Below are positions 1 to 8,478 of a stretch of DNA of 64,000 nucleotides, piece after piece. Each line of letters starts with the position of its first letter. The stretch's first letter is position 1. The notes below the pieces were generated by a model. That model saw only the letters and a list, made by a program, of their open reading frames with translations. It made no database searches and was not told the DNA's origin. Where the stretch lies: the NCBI GenBank assembly GCA_937949615.1, contig CALEDQ010000008.1, positions 243,586 through 307,585 of the forward strand. Reading direction: 5' to 3'. This DNA comes from an uncultured bacterium. GTDB lineage: Bacteria > Muiribacteriota > Ozemobacteria > Ozemobacterales > Ozemobacteraceae. The position numbers and the translations under genes are program-made.

Positions 1-2289
1 CTGCATGCTGAAAGGCTTGTGAAGACTGGCGGCAAAACCGTGTGAATGCGGGCTGACCATTGCCTGGTTTTCTGAATAGCCGCTCATGACAAAAGCCGGC
101 GCCAGCAGCCCGAGACGCCTTATCGCCGCCAAAGCTTCAACTCCTCCCATTCCTCCAGGTATGGTAAGATCGAAAAGCATCGCCGCAATCCGTTCCTGAT
201 CTATGATCCGATCTTTCAGCATAGTCAAGACCTCATCACCACTGGCAGCAGTTACGACCGTATAGCCAAATGATTCCAGAGTTTTAATCAGAACCTCTCT
301 GATAACCACCTCGTCATCCATTACGATGACAATTCCGTGCCCCCGGTGCTGCACCCCGTCTTCTGTTTTTTCGAGCAGCAGAGACTTTTCTGAAGCCGGC
401 AATATCACATGAAAGGTTGCTCCGGCACCCACTTCAGTATCGACATCGATGCAGCCCCCGTGGTTTCTGACAATCGAGTAGCTGGTAGCCAGCCCAAGCC
501 CATGACCACCCGGCCGGGTCGAAAAAAACGGGTCAAAAATCCGCTTGAGAATGCTGGCGGGAATCCCCGGCCCGCTGTCTTTGAAGGAAATCTGAATATA
601 CTGCCCGGAAATCAGCCCCGGGTGTTCGTTTTCAACAAAGCCGCGGTTGCGCAGCATCACTTTAAGACTGCCACCAGAAGCTTTCATCACCTGCACGGCA
701 TTGATGACAATATTTTCAACTACCTGCCCAAGCTGATTGCGATCAAAATACCCGGCCGCCAGGCCATCTTCGATCTCGAAGGAACACGAAACGTTTGAAC
801 CGCTCAGAGCAAACCTGACAGTATCTTCGATAAACGGCATAAAATGCTGTGCCTTACAGTCGGGGGCACCGCCTCTGGCAAAAGTAAGCAGCTGTTGCGT
901 CAGGTTTCTTGCGCGTCCCATGGTAGTAAGACAGGCACCGAGACATTTTCGTGTTTCAGACGACTGGTCGGTACAAAGTGCCAGCTCAAGAAAACCGTAG
1001 ATACCGCCGAGCAGATTGTTAAAATCATGAGCAATACCACCGGCGAGGACTCCGAGTGATTCAAGCTTGTCAGCCCGTTGAGCGCTTTCAATAAACTTTT
1101 TTCTCTCAGAAACGTCACGCACCACGGCGATAATACGCTCGTCGCCGCCCAGTCGCGAATGACTCAGAGCCACTTCGGTTGGAAACAGTTCGCCGGAAAA
1201 GCGCCGGCACAGCCATTCGAACTGTTTTTTTTCGCCCTTTATCAGCGCCTCGACATGAATCCTGGCCTCATTCTTAGTGTATGGCTGAAACCCTGCCGAC
1301 AATTCTTCCATGGAACAGTCCAGGATTGTTTCCTTGTCAGGGTAGCCATACATCTTAACTGCGGTATCGTTAACATCGAGAAGCCGAAAAGACAGGTCAT
1401 GAATAAAAATCGCTTCTGAAGTGGCATTGAATATTTCACGGTGCCGCTGCTCACTCTCATGCAGCCTCTGAACCTGACGAATATGCTCTGAAACATCGAC
1501 ATGAATTCCAACAATTATATCTGACAGACTACCATTTCTATCGGCAATAATTTTGCCGCGGGCCCAGATTGCGACATAACTGCCATCTTTGCGACGAAGC
1601 CTGAAGCGGCTGTCGTAAAGATCCGTTTTTTTTGCAGCCACGTGGCCAAAAAACTTCTTCGTCGCCGCGTCTTTGTCTTCCGGGTGCAGCAGATTGATCC
1701 AGCCCGAAAAAATGTCGAGGCGGCCATTTTCATAGAGATCTTCAGCAGAATAGCCAAGCATCGAAAAATACTCTTCGCTGCACCAGATAAGGTTGGTCTG
1801 ACTGTTGTATTCCCAGACTCCTGCTGTCAGAATCTGTATAATTGAACGATAACGCCCTTCGGATTTCTGCAGTTCATCCTGCACCCTACGACTCAGGGTA
1901 ACATCTTCACAGACGCCTTCCATGGCGATCAGCTGGCCATTTTCGCTTACCGGGCCGTAAATTATTCTAATCACTCGATCTTCGCCGGCAGGATGGTGGT
2001 AGAGCAGCTCAACACACTGGAATCTACCGGTGCTGGTGATCAGTTCGTCAGAAGCGTTGCCGGTATCCATCGACTCCTGTGAAAATTTGAGTTCCCGCCA
2101 GTTTCGGCCAACGAATTCCTCTGCTTCAAAGCCAAACACGGTTTTGAAACCAGGGCTCAAATAGGTGAAGACACCTTCCGGGGTATGTGAAAAAACACAG
2201 TGCGTCTGTGAAAGTCCTTCGACCAGACGGCGAAATTTATCTTCGCTCCGCTGCAGGTTCTCAATAGTTGTATTGGGTGAAAGATTCAT
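1..2289 (-). CDS. Hybrid sensor histidine kinase, partial (PAS-PAS-HisKA-HATPase_c-receiver). The C-terminus runs off the window start.
   Basis: My minus-strand translation starts at an ATG around 2287-2289 ('MNLSPNTTIENLQRSEDKFRRLV...'). It gives an H-box 'LAGGIAHDFNNLLGGIYGF', an ATPase G-box 'RPGGHGLGLATSYSIV', then a receiver ('VIVMDDEVVIREV...MLFDLTIPGGMGG...KPF'). No in-frame stop through position 1. It is not in the ORF track because it has no stop inside the window. The plus-strand ORFs listed here (409..798 and others) are antisense artefacts. Confidence 0.8.
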   Translation of the reverse strand, partial: MNLSPNTTIENLQRSEDKFRRLVEGLSQTHCVFSHTPEGVFTYLSPGFKTVFGFEAEEFVGRNWRELKFSQESMDTGNASDELITSTGRFQCVELLYHHPAGEDRVIRIIYGPVSENGQLIAMEGVCEDVTLSRRVQDELQKSEGRYRSIIQILTAGVWEYNSQTNLIWCSEEYFSMLGYSAEDLYENGRLDIFSGWINLLHPEDKDAATKKFFGHVAAKKTDLYDSRFRLRRKDGSYVAIWARGKIIADRNGSLSDIIVGIHVDVSEHIRQVQRLHESEQRHREIFNATSEAIFIHDLSFRLLDVNDTAVKMYGYPDKETILDCSMEELSAGFQPYTKNEARIHVEALIKGEKKQFEWLCRRFSGELFPTEVALSHSRLGGDERIIAVVRDVSERKKFIESAQRADKLESLGVLAGGIAHDFNNLLGGIYGFLELALCTDQSSETRKCLGACLTTMGRARNLTQQLLTFARGGAPDCKAQHFMPFIEDTVRFALSGSNVSCSFEIEDGLAAGYFDRNQLGQVVENIVINAVQVMKASGGSLKVMLRNRGFVENEHPGLISGQYIQISFKDSGPGIPASILKRIFDPFFSTRPGGHGLGLATSYSIVRNHGGCIDVDTEVGAGATFHVILPASEKSLLLEKTEDGVQHRGHGIVIVMDDEVVIREVLIKTLESFGYTVVTAASGDEVLTMLKDRIIDQERIAAMLFDLTIPGGMGGVEALAAIRRLGLLAPAFVMSGYSENQAMVSPHSHGFAASLHKPFSMQ

Positions 2290-2299
2290 TTTATTTATT

Positions 2300-3418
2300 T
2301 CAGGCGCCCTGCTGAATCATTTCATCGTTCTGATGCAACCGGTCACGAATGCAGGCCAGGTCAAAATGTATCTGTCTGAAAGCCTCGACAATTTCTGGGT
2401 CAAAATGTGAGCCGGAGCTTTCAAAAATAATATTACAGGCAGTTTCGTGCGAAAATGGCGGTTTATATGGTCGACGCGATCTAATCGCATCATAGACATC
2501 AGAAATTGCCATAATTCTGGCGCAAAGAGGTATCGCATAGCCAATCAGACCGTCGGGATAGCCACCACCGTTCCATTTTTCGTGATGCGACCGGGTAAGA
2601 GCGATACTCAGATTCAAAAAATCGTTATCAGGGTAACGGCCCCTGATACTTTCAAGAGTTTTGACGCCGATCATCACATGCGTTTTCATTATTTCAAACT
2701 CTTCAGCAGAAAGTTTTCCGGGCTTGAGAAGAATCTGGTCCTGAATACCGACCTTGCCAATATCATGCAGAGGGGCAGCAAAATAAAGATTGTTGATAAA
2801 CCGGTCATCGATCTGTGCCGCATACCTTGAGGTTTTGCGCAGCTGCTCGGCAATGGCACGGCAAAAATCCTGAGTTCTCTCGATATGCCCGCCGGTTGCA
2901 TGGTCGCGCGATTCTGCCAGATTTGCCAGAGCGGTGATCGTTGCAAGCTGTGCGTCAGAAATATCCTGAATTTTTTCCTGAACCAGATCTTCAAGATGCA
3001 GATTATGACGAATAAGCTGGCGCTGCATCGACTGCAGCCGCAGATGGGTTTTCACTCTGGCGAGCACCTCTTCTACTCTGAAGGGCTTGGTAACATAGTC
3101 AACCCCGCCGCTGGAAAAAGCGCGAACCTTCTCTTCTGCCTCGCTCAGCCCGCTGATAAAAATGACCGGCGTCGCTTCAAGACATTTTTCGGCTTTTAAC
3201 TGTTCGCAGAGTTCGAAACCATCCATTTCCGGCATAGTGATATCGAGAATAAAAAGATCGGGTGCGCTGCTCACTGCCTCTGCAAGAGCACGTCGACTGC
3301 TCGAAAATGGCAGCACCCGGTAACCGGCACCTTCGAGCATGAACTGAAGAAGCCGCAGGCTCTCAGGGGTGTCGTCAACAACCATTATTTCAGCATTTTC
3401 TCTCTCTGTCATAACCAA
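2300..3418 (-). CDS. Response regulator with receiver domain and HD-GYP phosphodiesterase domain (RpfG-like c-di-GMP hydrolase)
   Basis: N-terminal receiver ('MVVDDTPESLRLL...FILDITMPEMDGFEL...YVTKPF'). HD-GYP motifs 'PLHDIGKVGI' and 'HHEKWNGGGYPDG'. Its stop lies 10 nt upstream of the kinase start, so they form one operon. Confidence 0.9.
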   Translation of the reverse strand: MVMTERENAEIMVVDDTPESLRLLQFMLEGAGYRVLPFSSSRRALAEAVSSAPDLFILDITMPEMDGFELCEQLKAEKCLEATPVIFISGLSEAEEKVRAFSSGGVDYVTKPFRVEEVLARVKTHLRLQSMQRQLIRHNLHLEDLVQEKIQDISDAQLATITALANLAESRDHATGGHIERTQDFCRAIAEQLRKTSRYAAQIDDRFINNLYFAAPLHDIGKVGIQDQILLKPGKLSAEEFEIMKTHVMIGVKTLESIRGRYPDNDFLNLSIALTRSHHEKWNGGGYPDGLIGYAIPLCARIMAISDVYDAIRSRRPYKPPFSHETACNIIFESSGSHFDPEIVEAFRQIHFDLACIRDRLHQNDEMIQQGA

Positions 3419-3495
3419 CCGCCTCCAGAATTATACAGCTTTATAAATATCTGACCATGCCAACCAGCCGAGAGTGCAGCGAAAAGCTGCCCACC

Positions 3496-4848
3496 CTACC
3501 CGGCACCCGGAAAAATCTGCTCTTCATGCGCCATAATCTCATGCGTGAATCTCGCCAGATTCCGGGCATAGAAGTTATAGCCGAGATTCGCCGGAATCGC
3601 GACAGCCGGCAGACACCGCGACCCCGAAAGCCTTTTAAAAATCGAACGCAGCGAATAGGCATGCTGCCACGCATAGATCAGGCCACGCTGCAGATACTCC
3701 GGCGACATATTCTTCGGCCTGAACACCACATGCTCGGCGTCATAAAGCGACCAGTTGCGCTCGATTATGCGCCCCTGACTCTCAAGTTCAGCAAATACCT
3801 GAGTGCCGGGGAAAGGCGTCAGCACAGAGAACTGCGGCAGATCTATCTCGCAGTCGTAGACGAAGTCGACAGTGCGCTTGAAAACATCGCGGTCATCGGT
3901 ATCGAGGCCAAAAACGAAGCAGGCCTGCACCCCGATACCGTGGGCATGCAGCTTTTTGACGGCCTCTTTATATTGCCCGACCTTGTTGAAAGGCTTGCGA
4001 ACCTCATGCAGTGAATCCTGAGAAACCGACTCAAAGCCGATCAACAGGCCGCGGCAACCGCTCTCGGCCATGGTCGCAAGAAATTTCGCATCATGTGCCA
4101 CATCGATGGTGGCACAGCCAACCCACCATTTTTTCAACGGCTTCAGAGCCTTGAAAAATTCCAGCGAAAATTCGCGGTCACAGGTCATGCTCGGGTCGAG
4201 AAAACAAAGCTCCGGCCCGGCAAGGGTTTCGATTTCAGCCATGAGCTCAGCAACCGGCCGCGTAAAATAGCGGTTGTTCCAGGCGGTTGCCACCGCACAG
4301 AACGAACAGCGATGCGCGCAACCACGGGTTGCCTCGATTGAATTAACGGTAACGTATTTTTTCCGGTCGAAAATCGAACGGTCTGGAACCGGCCGGCGGC
4401 ACGAACCCCAGTCAAAATCAGCGCGCATGTGATAGAAAGGCTGCAGTCTGCCGGCCCTGAAATCGCGCAGAGCCTGCGGCCAGGTGTCTTCGGCCAGGCC
4501 GGTGATGACACAGTCGGCGTGCTGTTTTGCTTCATGCGGCATGAGTGTGGCATGAATGCCGCCAATGACGACCGGAATGCGATTCTGCCTGAAAAAATCG
4601 GCAATCGCATAGCCGCGCCGCGCCGTGCCGGTCATTGAGCTGATACCGACCAGATCGACGTCGAGGTGCGAGCGGGGGTCCCAGACTTCGGCACCCTCAT
4701 CGACAACCCTGACTTCGGCCTGCAGTTCAGGCGGAATCAGTGCGACAAGGGTTGCCAGAGTAAGCGGAGCATAGCGCAGCGAGCGCTTATATGAGCCGGA
4801 AACCGCCCGATGAATCGGGCCATGCGGCAGAACCAGCAAAATCTTCAT
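3496..4848 (-). CDS. Cobalamin (B12)-binding radical SAM protein (class B)
   Basis: N-terminal B12-binding-like region ('MKILLVLPHGP...'). Radical SAM cysteine triad 'CAHRCSFC'. ATG start confirmed in the text at 4846-4848. Confidence 0.85.
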   Translation of the reverse strand: MKILLVLPHGPIHRAVSGSYKRSLRYAPLTLATLVALIPPELQAEVRVVDEGAEVWDPRSHLDVDLVGISSMTGTARRGYAIADFFRQNRIPVVIGGIHATLMPHEAKQHADCVITGLAEDTWPQALRDFRAGRLQPFYHMRADFDWGSCRRPVPDRSIFDRKKYVTVNSIEATRGCAHRCSFCAVATAWNNRYFTRPVAELMAEIETLAGPELCFLDPSMTCDREFSLEFFKALKPLKKWWVGCATIDVAHDAKFLATMAESGCRGLLIGFESVSQDSLHEVRKPFNKVGQYKEAVKKLHAHGIGVQACFVFGLDTDDRDVFKRTVDFVYDCEIDLPQFSVLTPFPGTQVFAELESQGRIIERNWSLYDAEHVVFRPKNMSPEYLQRGLIYAWQHAYSLRSIFKRLSGSRCLPAVAIPANLGYNFYARNLARFTHEIMAHEEQIFPGAG

Positions 4849-5035
4849 TTAACAGGTCTCCAGCAGAGTACATCTGAACACTGCCTCTCAATCAGGTCTG
4901 CCTCACAAACAGAGATAACTATCTTTTTTTCAAGTATAATCCTGCCACAATGGAAATTCAAGGTTGAACTGACGACTCGATCTGTTGTAGTTTAAAAAAG
5001 TGCATGCTCGCAAATCTTTTTGAGGAGTACTATTT

Positions 5036-6151
5036 GTGAAATTCCGCACCCTGATCGCTCTGGCTGTCTGTTCCTGCACTTCAGGCCTCTGGGCCGAACC
5101 CTCTGCCCTGGTAAACGATCCGCGCGATCTGCGCCTGATCAACCTCAAAGAAGTCTCCAGCTTCCTTGAAGAAGACCTCGATCTCGGAAAAGGCATAACC
5201 GAAGTGATCGGTAAGCAGGTTATCGACCGCAAATTCCGCAAAGCCGGTATTCCCGACCCCGTTAAATCTCAGCTCAGCTACGCCATCGTTGCCCGTGAAA
5301 TGCCTGCCGAGCAGCTGAACATCTGCTTTATTCTCAAAGGCAATGTCGTGCCCGAAAAATTTCTTGAATTTGCCGGCAATCGCTACGATCGCTATTTCGA
5401 AACCCTCAAAAGCCAGAAACTGGTAAAAGACACTCCGGCACCGGCAGACAAAACCATCGCCGGCAAAAACGCCCGCGTTTTCCCATTCGCTTTCAGAAAT
5501 GCCGAAGCTGTTGTGACCTGGTTCCCCGGTCATACGGTCATTTCAACGGTTCCGGCTGGCGATTATTCGCTGATCAGCGAAACCATCAATGTTCTCGAAG
5601 GCAAAACCCCGGCTTCGAAGGCACAGCCAGATAAAATCGGCTTTATTTCAACATTCGTGCCGATCGACCAGGAAAGAAGCGAAATCCGCAACTTCGAAAA
5701 CCGCTACGATGGCTTTGCCGCAAAAACCCGCAAAAAATTCAAAAAGATTTTCAACCGTGATGCCTATCAGAACAGCGAAGCAATGGCAAAGGCCGAGCAG
5801 CAGCTCAAAAACGCCCTCGCCGACATCGCCCGCTTCTCTTACGATATCAACGCCCGCAAAGAGGGCGAAGGCTATGCCTATGAAGCCAGCATGATCTTCC
5901 GCTGCGCCAACCCCGAAAAGGCCACCGAACTCAAGGAAATGCTGCTCACCTGGCTCGCCTACACTTCTTCCAAATCGCTTTCAGAAGAAGATCTGGTTTC
6001 GATGCGCGCCAATCGCGTCGCCGCGACCGGCTCGACCTGCGTTTTCAATATCAGACTCGGCTCAAGCCAGGAAGAACAGTATCAGTTCTCTTCTCTGATA
6101 ATGAGCCTGATGATGCAGGACCGCCGCTTCAATTCTCTCTTCAAGGGCTGA
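5036..6151 (+). CDS. Secreted hypothetical protein with signal peptide
   Basis: GTG start 6 nt after 'GAGGAG'. N-terminus 'MKFRTLIALAVCSCTSGLWA'. No recognisable catalytic motif. Divergent from the B12-binding radical SAM gene. Confidence 0.6.
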   Translation: MKFRTLIALAVCSCTSGLWAEPSALVNDPRDLRLINLKEVSSFLEEDLDLGKGITEVIGKQVIDRKFRKAGIPDPVKSQLSYAIVAREMPAEQLNICFILKGNVVPEKFLEFAGNRYDRYFETLKSQKLVKDTPAPADKTIAGKNARVFPFAFRNAEAVVTWFPGHTVISTVPAGDYSLISETINVLEGKTPASKAQPDKIGFISTFVPIDQERSEIRNFENRYDGFAAKTRKKFKKIFNRDAYQNSEAMAKAEQQLKNALADIARFSYDINARKEGEGYAYEASMIFRCANPEKATELKEMLLTWLAYTSSKSLSEEDLVSMRANRVAATGSTCVFNIRLGSSQEEQYQFSSLIMSLMMQDRRFNSLFKG

Positions 6152-6156
6152 TCGTT

Positions 6157-8409
6157 TCAGCAATCAGAACGCTGCGGTTCAATCTGAGCCGCAGCGTTTT
6201 TCTTTTTGCGGCCGAACATCAGAATCAGCACCGGCAGCACCAGCAGGTCGCCGGCCAGGCCGATGACGACAACCAGAGTGCCGATCAGGCCAAAGTAAGT
6301 GAATGGCTTGAAGGTGCTGAGCATGAAGATGGCGTTGCCCAGCATCAATAGCAGCGATGATGAGCTCACCGGCACCGCCAGATCGCGAATGGCGGCCATG
6401 ACTTTGCGGGCCTGCGTCGGTTGACGGTTTTCCTGAAGAAAGGTCAGCAGATGCAGGGTGTCGTCGACGATCAGCCCGCTCATGACGCAGCCGACCACGG
6501 CAGTCGAAGGGTTGAGCGGCAGACCAAAATAACCCGCCGCCGCATAAGCCAGCAGAATCGGGTAAAAATTGACCAGCAATGCCACAAATGCCAGATACAG
6601 GCTTCTGAAGACGAGATAGAAAACCGCGATAATCATCAGAACCGCAGCCACAAACGACCAGGTGATGTTTTCGAGTATGCTTTTCTGCATCAGCGCGTTC
6701 AAATAGACATCACCGGTAACATCGACACTCAGAGAAGCCGGCAGGGTTGCAGCAGCCGCAGCCAGAATCTGGACGCGCAACGGCACAATACTGAAGTCAT
6801 CGGTCAGGCTTGTGTGAATCCGCAGCAGCGTCGTCGAAAAATCTGGTGCAATCAGCAGATCGGCAATGCCACGCTGCCCGAAAAAGTCGATCACCGCACG
6901 GCCGAGATCAGGGGTCGCCGGCAACACCGCCGCACCGGTGAACTGCTTATTGAACGCCAGCATCAGGTCGACGATCGAAAAAACCCGGTTGATGCCGGGT
7001 ATCGCCTCGACGCGTTTCTGAAATTCGGCAATCCCGGCGAGTCTTTCTGGTTCCATCAGATCGGGCGCCGAAATCATCACCTGAAAATGGCCCGGCCCAC
7101 AGAACCGGTTGCTGATAAAGGCATGCGCCTGCAGCAGCGGGTCAGCGGCCGAAAAATTGTCAGTCAGCGCATTGCGCGTCTCGATTTTTTGCAGCGCCGG
7201 CACGACCAGCAGCAGCGAAACTGCCGCAAACGCCAGCACCTTCCCCGGGTGCCTGAAGACGATATTGCGAACCAGACGCTGTAGCCAGCGCAACCTGCCC
7301 GGGTCTGAACCTCTAAGGCTGAATTTTGGCTGATAAAGCTTAAAGCAGGCGAAAATCAGGCCGAAAGTCACTATATAGGCAAAAAAGCAGGCCAGCGAGG
7401 TATAGAGCGAAAACAGTCTGATACTTGGCGATGGGCTTTGTGACAGCGACAGAAAGCCGATCAGCGTTGTCAGTGTATTGATCAGACAGGGCCCGATCAG
7501 ACGCCGGTAGTTCTGCTGATGCAGCTCAGCGTAATTCTGGTGCGCGTTTTTTCGTTCTCTGACGAAAAAACTGACAATGTAGATAATCTCGTTGAGCGAG
7601 ATGATCAGAGCGAACGGAATTATCGGCGAGGTGAACAGGTTGATTTTATTGCCGTTCATGAAATAGACGGCGAAGGTCAGCGATGTCGGGGCGGCGATTG
7701 CCAGCAGAATCAGCCCCAACACCAGCGGATCGGGGAACAGATACCAGGCGAGAACCGTGCAACAGATCAGGCCGAGCGTCAGAAAGCGCCGATTGTTTTC
7801 GACGATGAACTCGAAAAACCTTTCCTGAATATACGGAAACCCGAACACATGCAGCTTGACCCGCCCGCTCATATCGACCTGCAGCTCTTTGAGGTGGTTG
7901 TAGAGCGTATGCCGGTAATCTGGTGCGCGAATATCTGGCACAATCAATATCTGCAGCGATTTAAGGTCTTCAGAAACCAGATAACCGCGAAACAATCGGT
8001 CGTTCTGCAGCAGCTCAACCAGATTGCGGATACGAAAGTCCTTGAGATAGGCCGCAAACTCGTCGACCCGGCGAAACGGCCTGAGCACATCGAGAATCGA
8101 CAACACCTGCCGCACTTCAGGCCAGCTGTGAATGCGGTCGACAAGCTCCCAGGCGGTTAAAAGGGAATTGCGATCGATGCCGTCAATATCGAAAGCCAGC
8201 AGAATTGCCTGCTCATGCCCGAAATACCGCCGGTATTCGGCGCGGGTCGCAATTGCCTGCGGGTCAGAAATTCCCGCTTCGAAGTCTTCATCGACTTCGA
8301 CATGCGAAAAAGCGCCAAAACTCATGAGAAAGCTGGCAATAATGACCGCAATGACCGCACCCGGGTGCCCGGCGATAATTTTATAAATCAGACTGGTGAT
8401 TTTCTGCAT
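6157..8409 (-). CDS. MMPL/RND-superfamily exporter, 12 transmembrane helices with two large periplasmic loops (HpnN-like lipid-exporter type)
   Basis: 750 aa. Two blocks of hydrophobic helices are separated by soluble domains. Block 1 includes 'LGLICCTVLAWYLF...LILLAIAAPTSLTFAVYF', block 2 'FVAAVLMIIAVFYLVFRSLYLAFVALLVNFYPILLAYAAAGYFGLPLN'. Last gene of the minus-strand operon. ATG confirmed at 8407-8409. Confidence 0.8.
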   Translation of the reverse strand: MQKITSLIYKIIAGHPGAVIAVIIASFLMSFGAFSHVEVDEDFEAGISDPQAIATRAEYRRYFGHEQAILLAFDIDGIDRNSLLTAWELVDRIHSWPEVRQVLSILDVLRPFRRVDEFAAYLKDFRIRNLVELLQNDRLFRGYLVSEDLKSLQILIVPDIRAPDYRHTLYNHLKELQVDMSGRVKLHVFGFPYIQERFFEFIVENNRRFLTLGLICCTVLAWYLFPDPLVLGLILLAIAAPTSLTFAVYFMNGNKINLFTSPIIPFALIISLNEIIYIVSFFVRERKNAHQNYAELHQQNYRRLIGPCLINTLTTLIGFLSLSQSPSPSIRLFSLYTSLACFFAYIVTFGLIFACFKLYQPKFSLRGSDPGRLRWLQRLVRNIVFRHPGKVLAFAAVSLLLVVPALQKIETRNALTDNFSAADPLLQAHAFISNRFCGPGHFQVMISAPDLMEPERLAGIAEFQKRVEAIPGINRVFSIVDLMLAFNKQFTGAAVLPATPDLGRAVIDFFGQRGIADLLIAPDFSTTLLRIHTSLTDDFSIVPLRVQILAAAAATLPASLSVDVTGDVYLNALMQKSILENITWSFVAAVLMIIAVFYLVFRSLYLAFVALLVNFYPILLAYAAAGYFGLPLNPSTAVVGCVMSGLIVDDTLHLLTFLQENRQPTQARKVMAAIRDLAVPVSSSSLLLMLGNAIFMLSTFKPFTYFGLIGTLVVVIGLAGDLLVLPVLILMFGRKKKNAAAQIEPQRSDC
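6168..6207 (+). terminator. Rho-independent terminator for the 5036..6151 gene, embedded in the 3' coding end of the convergent MMPL gene
   Basis: Stem 'aacgctgcgg' / 'ccgcagcgtt' with an 11-nt loop, followed by 'ttttctttttg'. Confidence 0.6.
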
Positions 8410-8478
8410 TAACGCCCATTTTAAAACAGAACCCCGGCAGACTCCAGCGTTTTTCTGCCCGGCAACAAATAGCTGCAG

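Noticed and set aside
409-1845. Several plus-strand ORFs of 60-130 aa (409..798, 737..1000, 1078..1419 and others) at the window start
   Set aside because: They are antisense to a continuous, domain-rich histidine-kinase reading frame on the minus strand. Their translations are low-complexity with no motifs.
6421-8160. Plus-strand ORFs 6421..7284 (287 aa) and 7519..8160 (213 aa) inside the MMPL gene
   Set aside because: Arg/Gln-rich low-complexity translations, wholly antisense to a conserved 12-helix transporter gene. This is a typical GC-rich shadow ORF.
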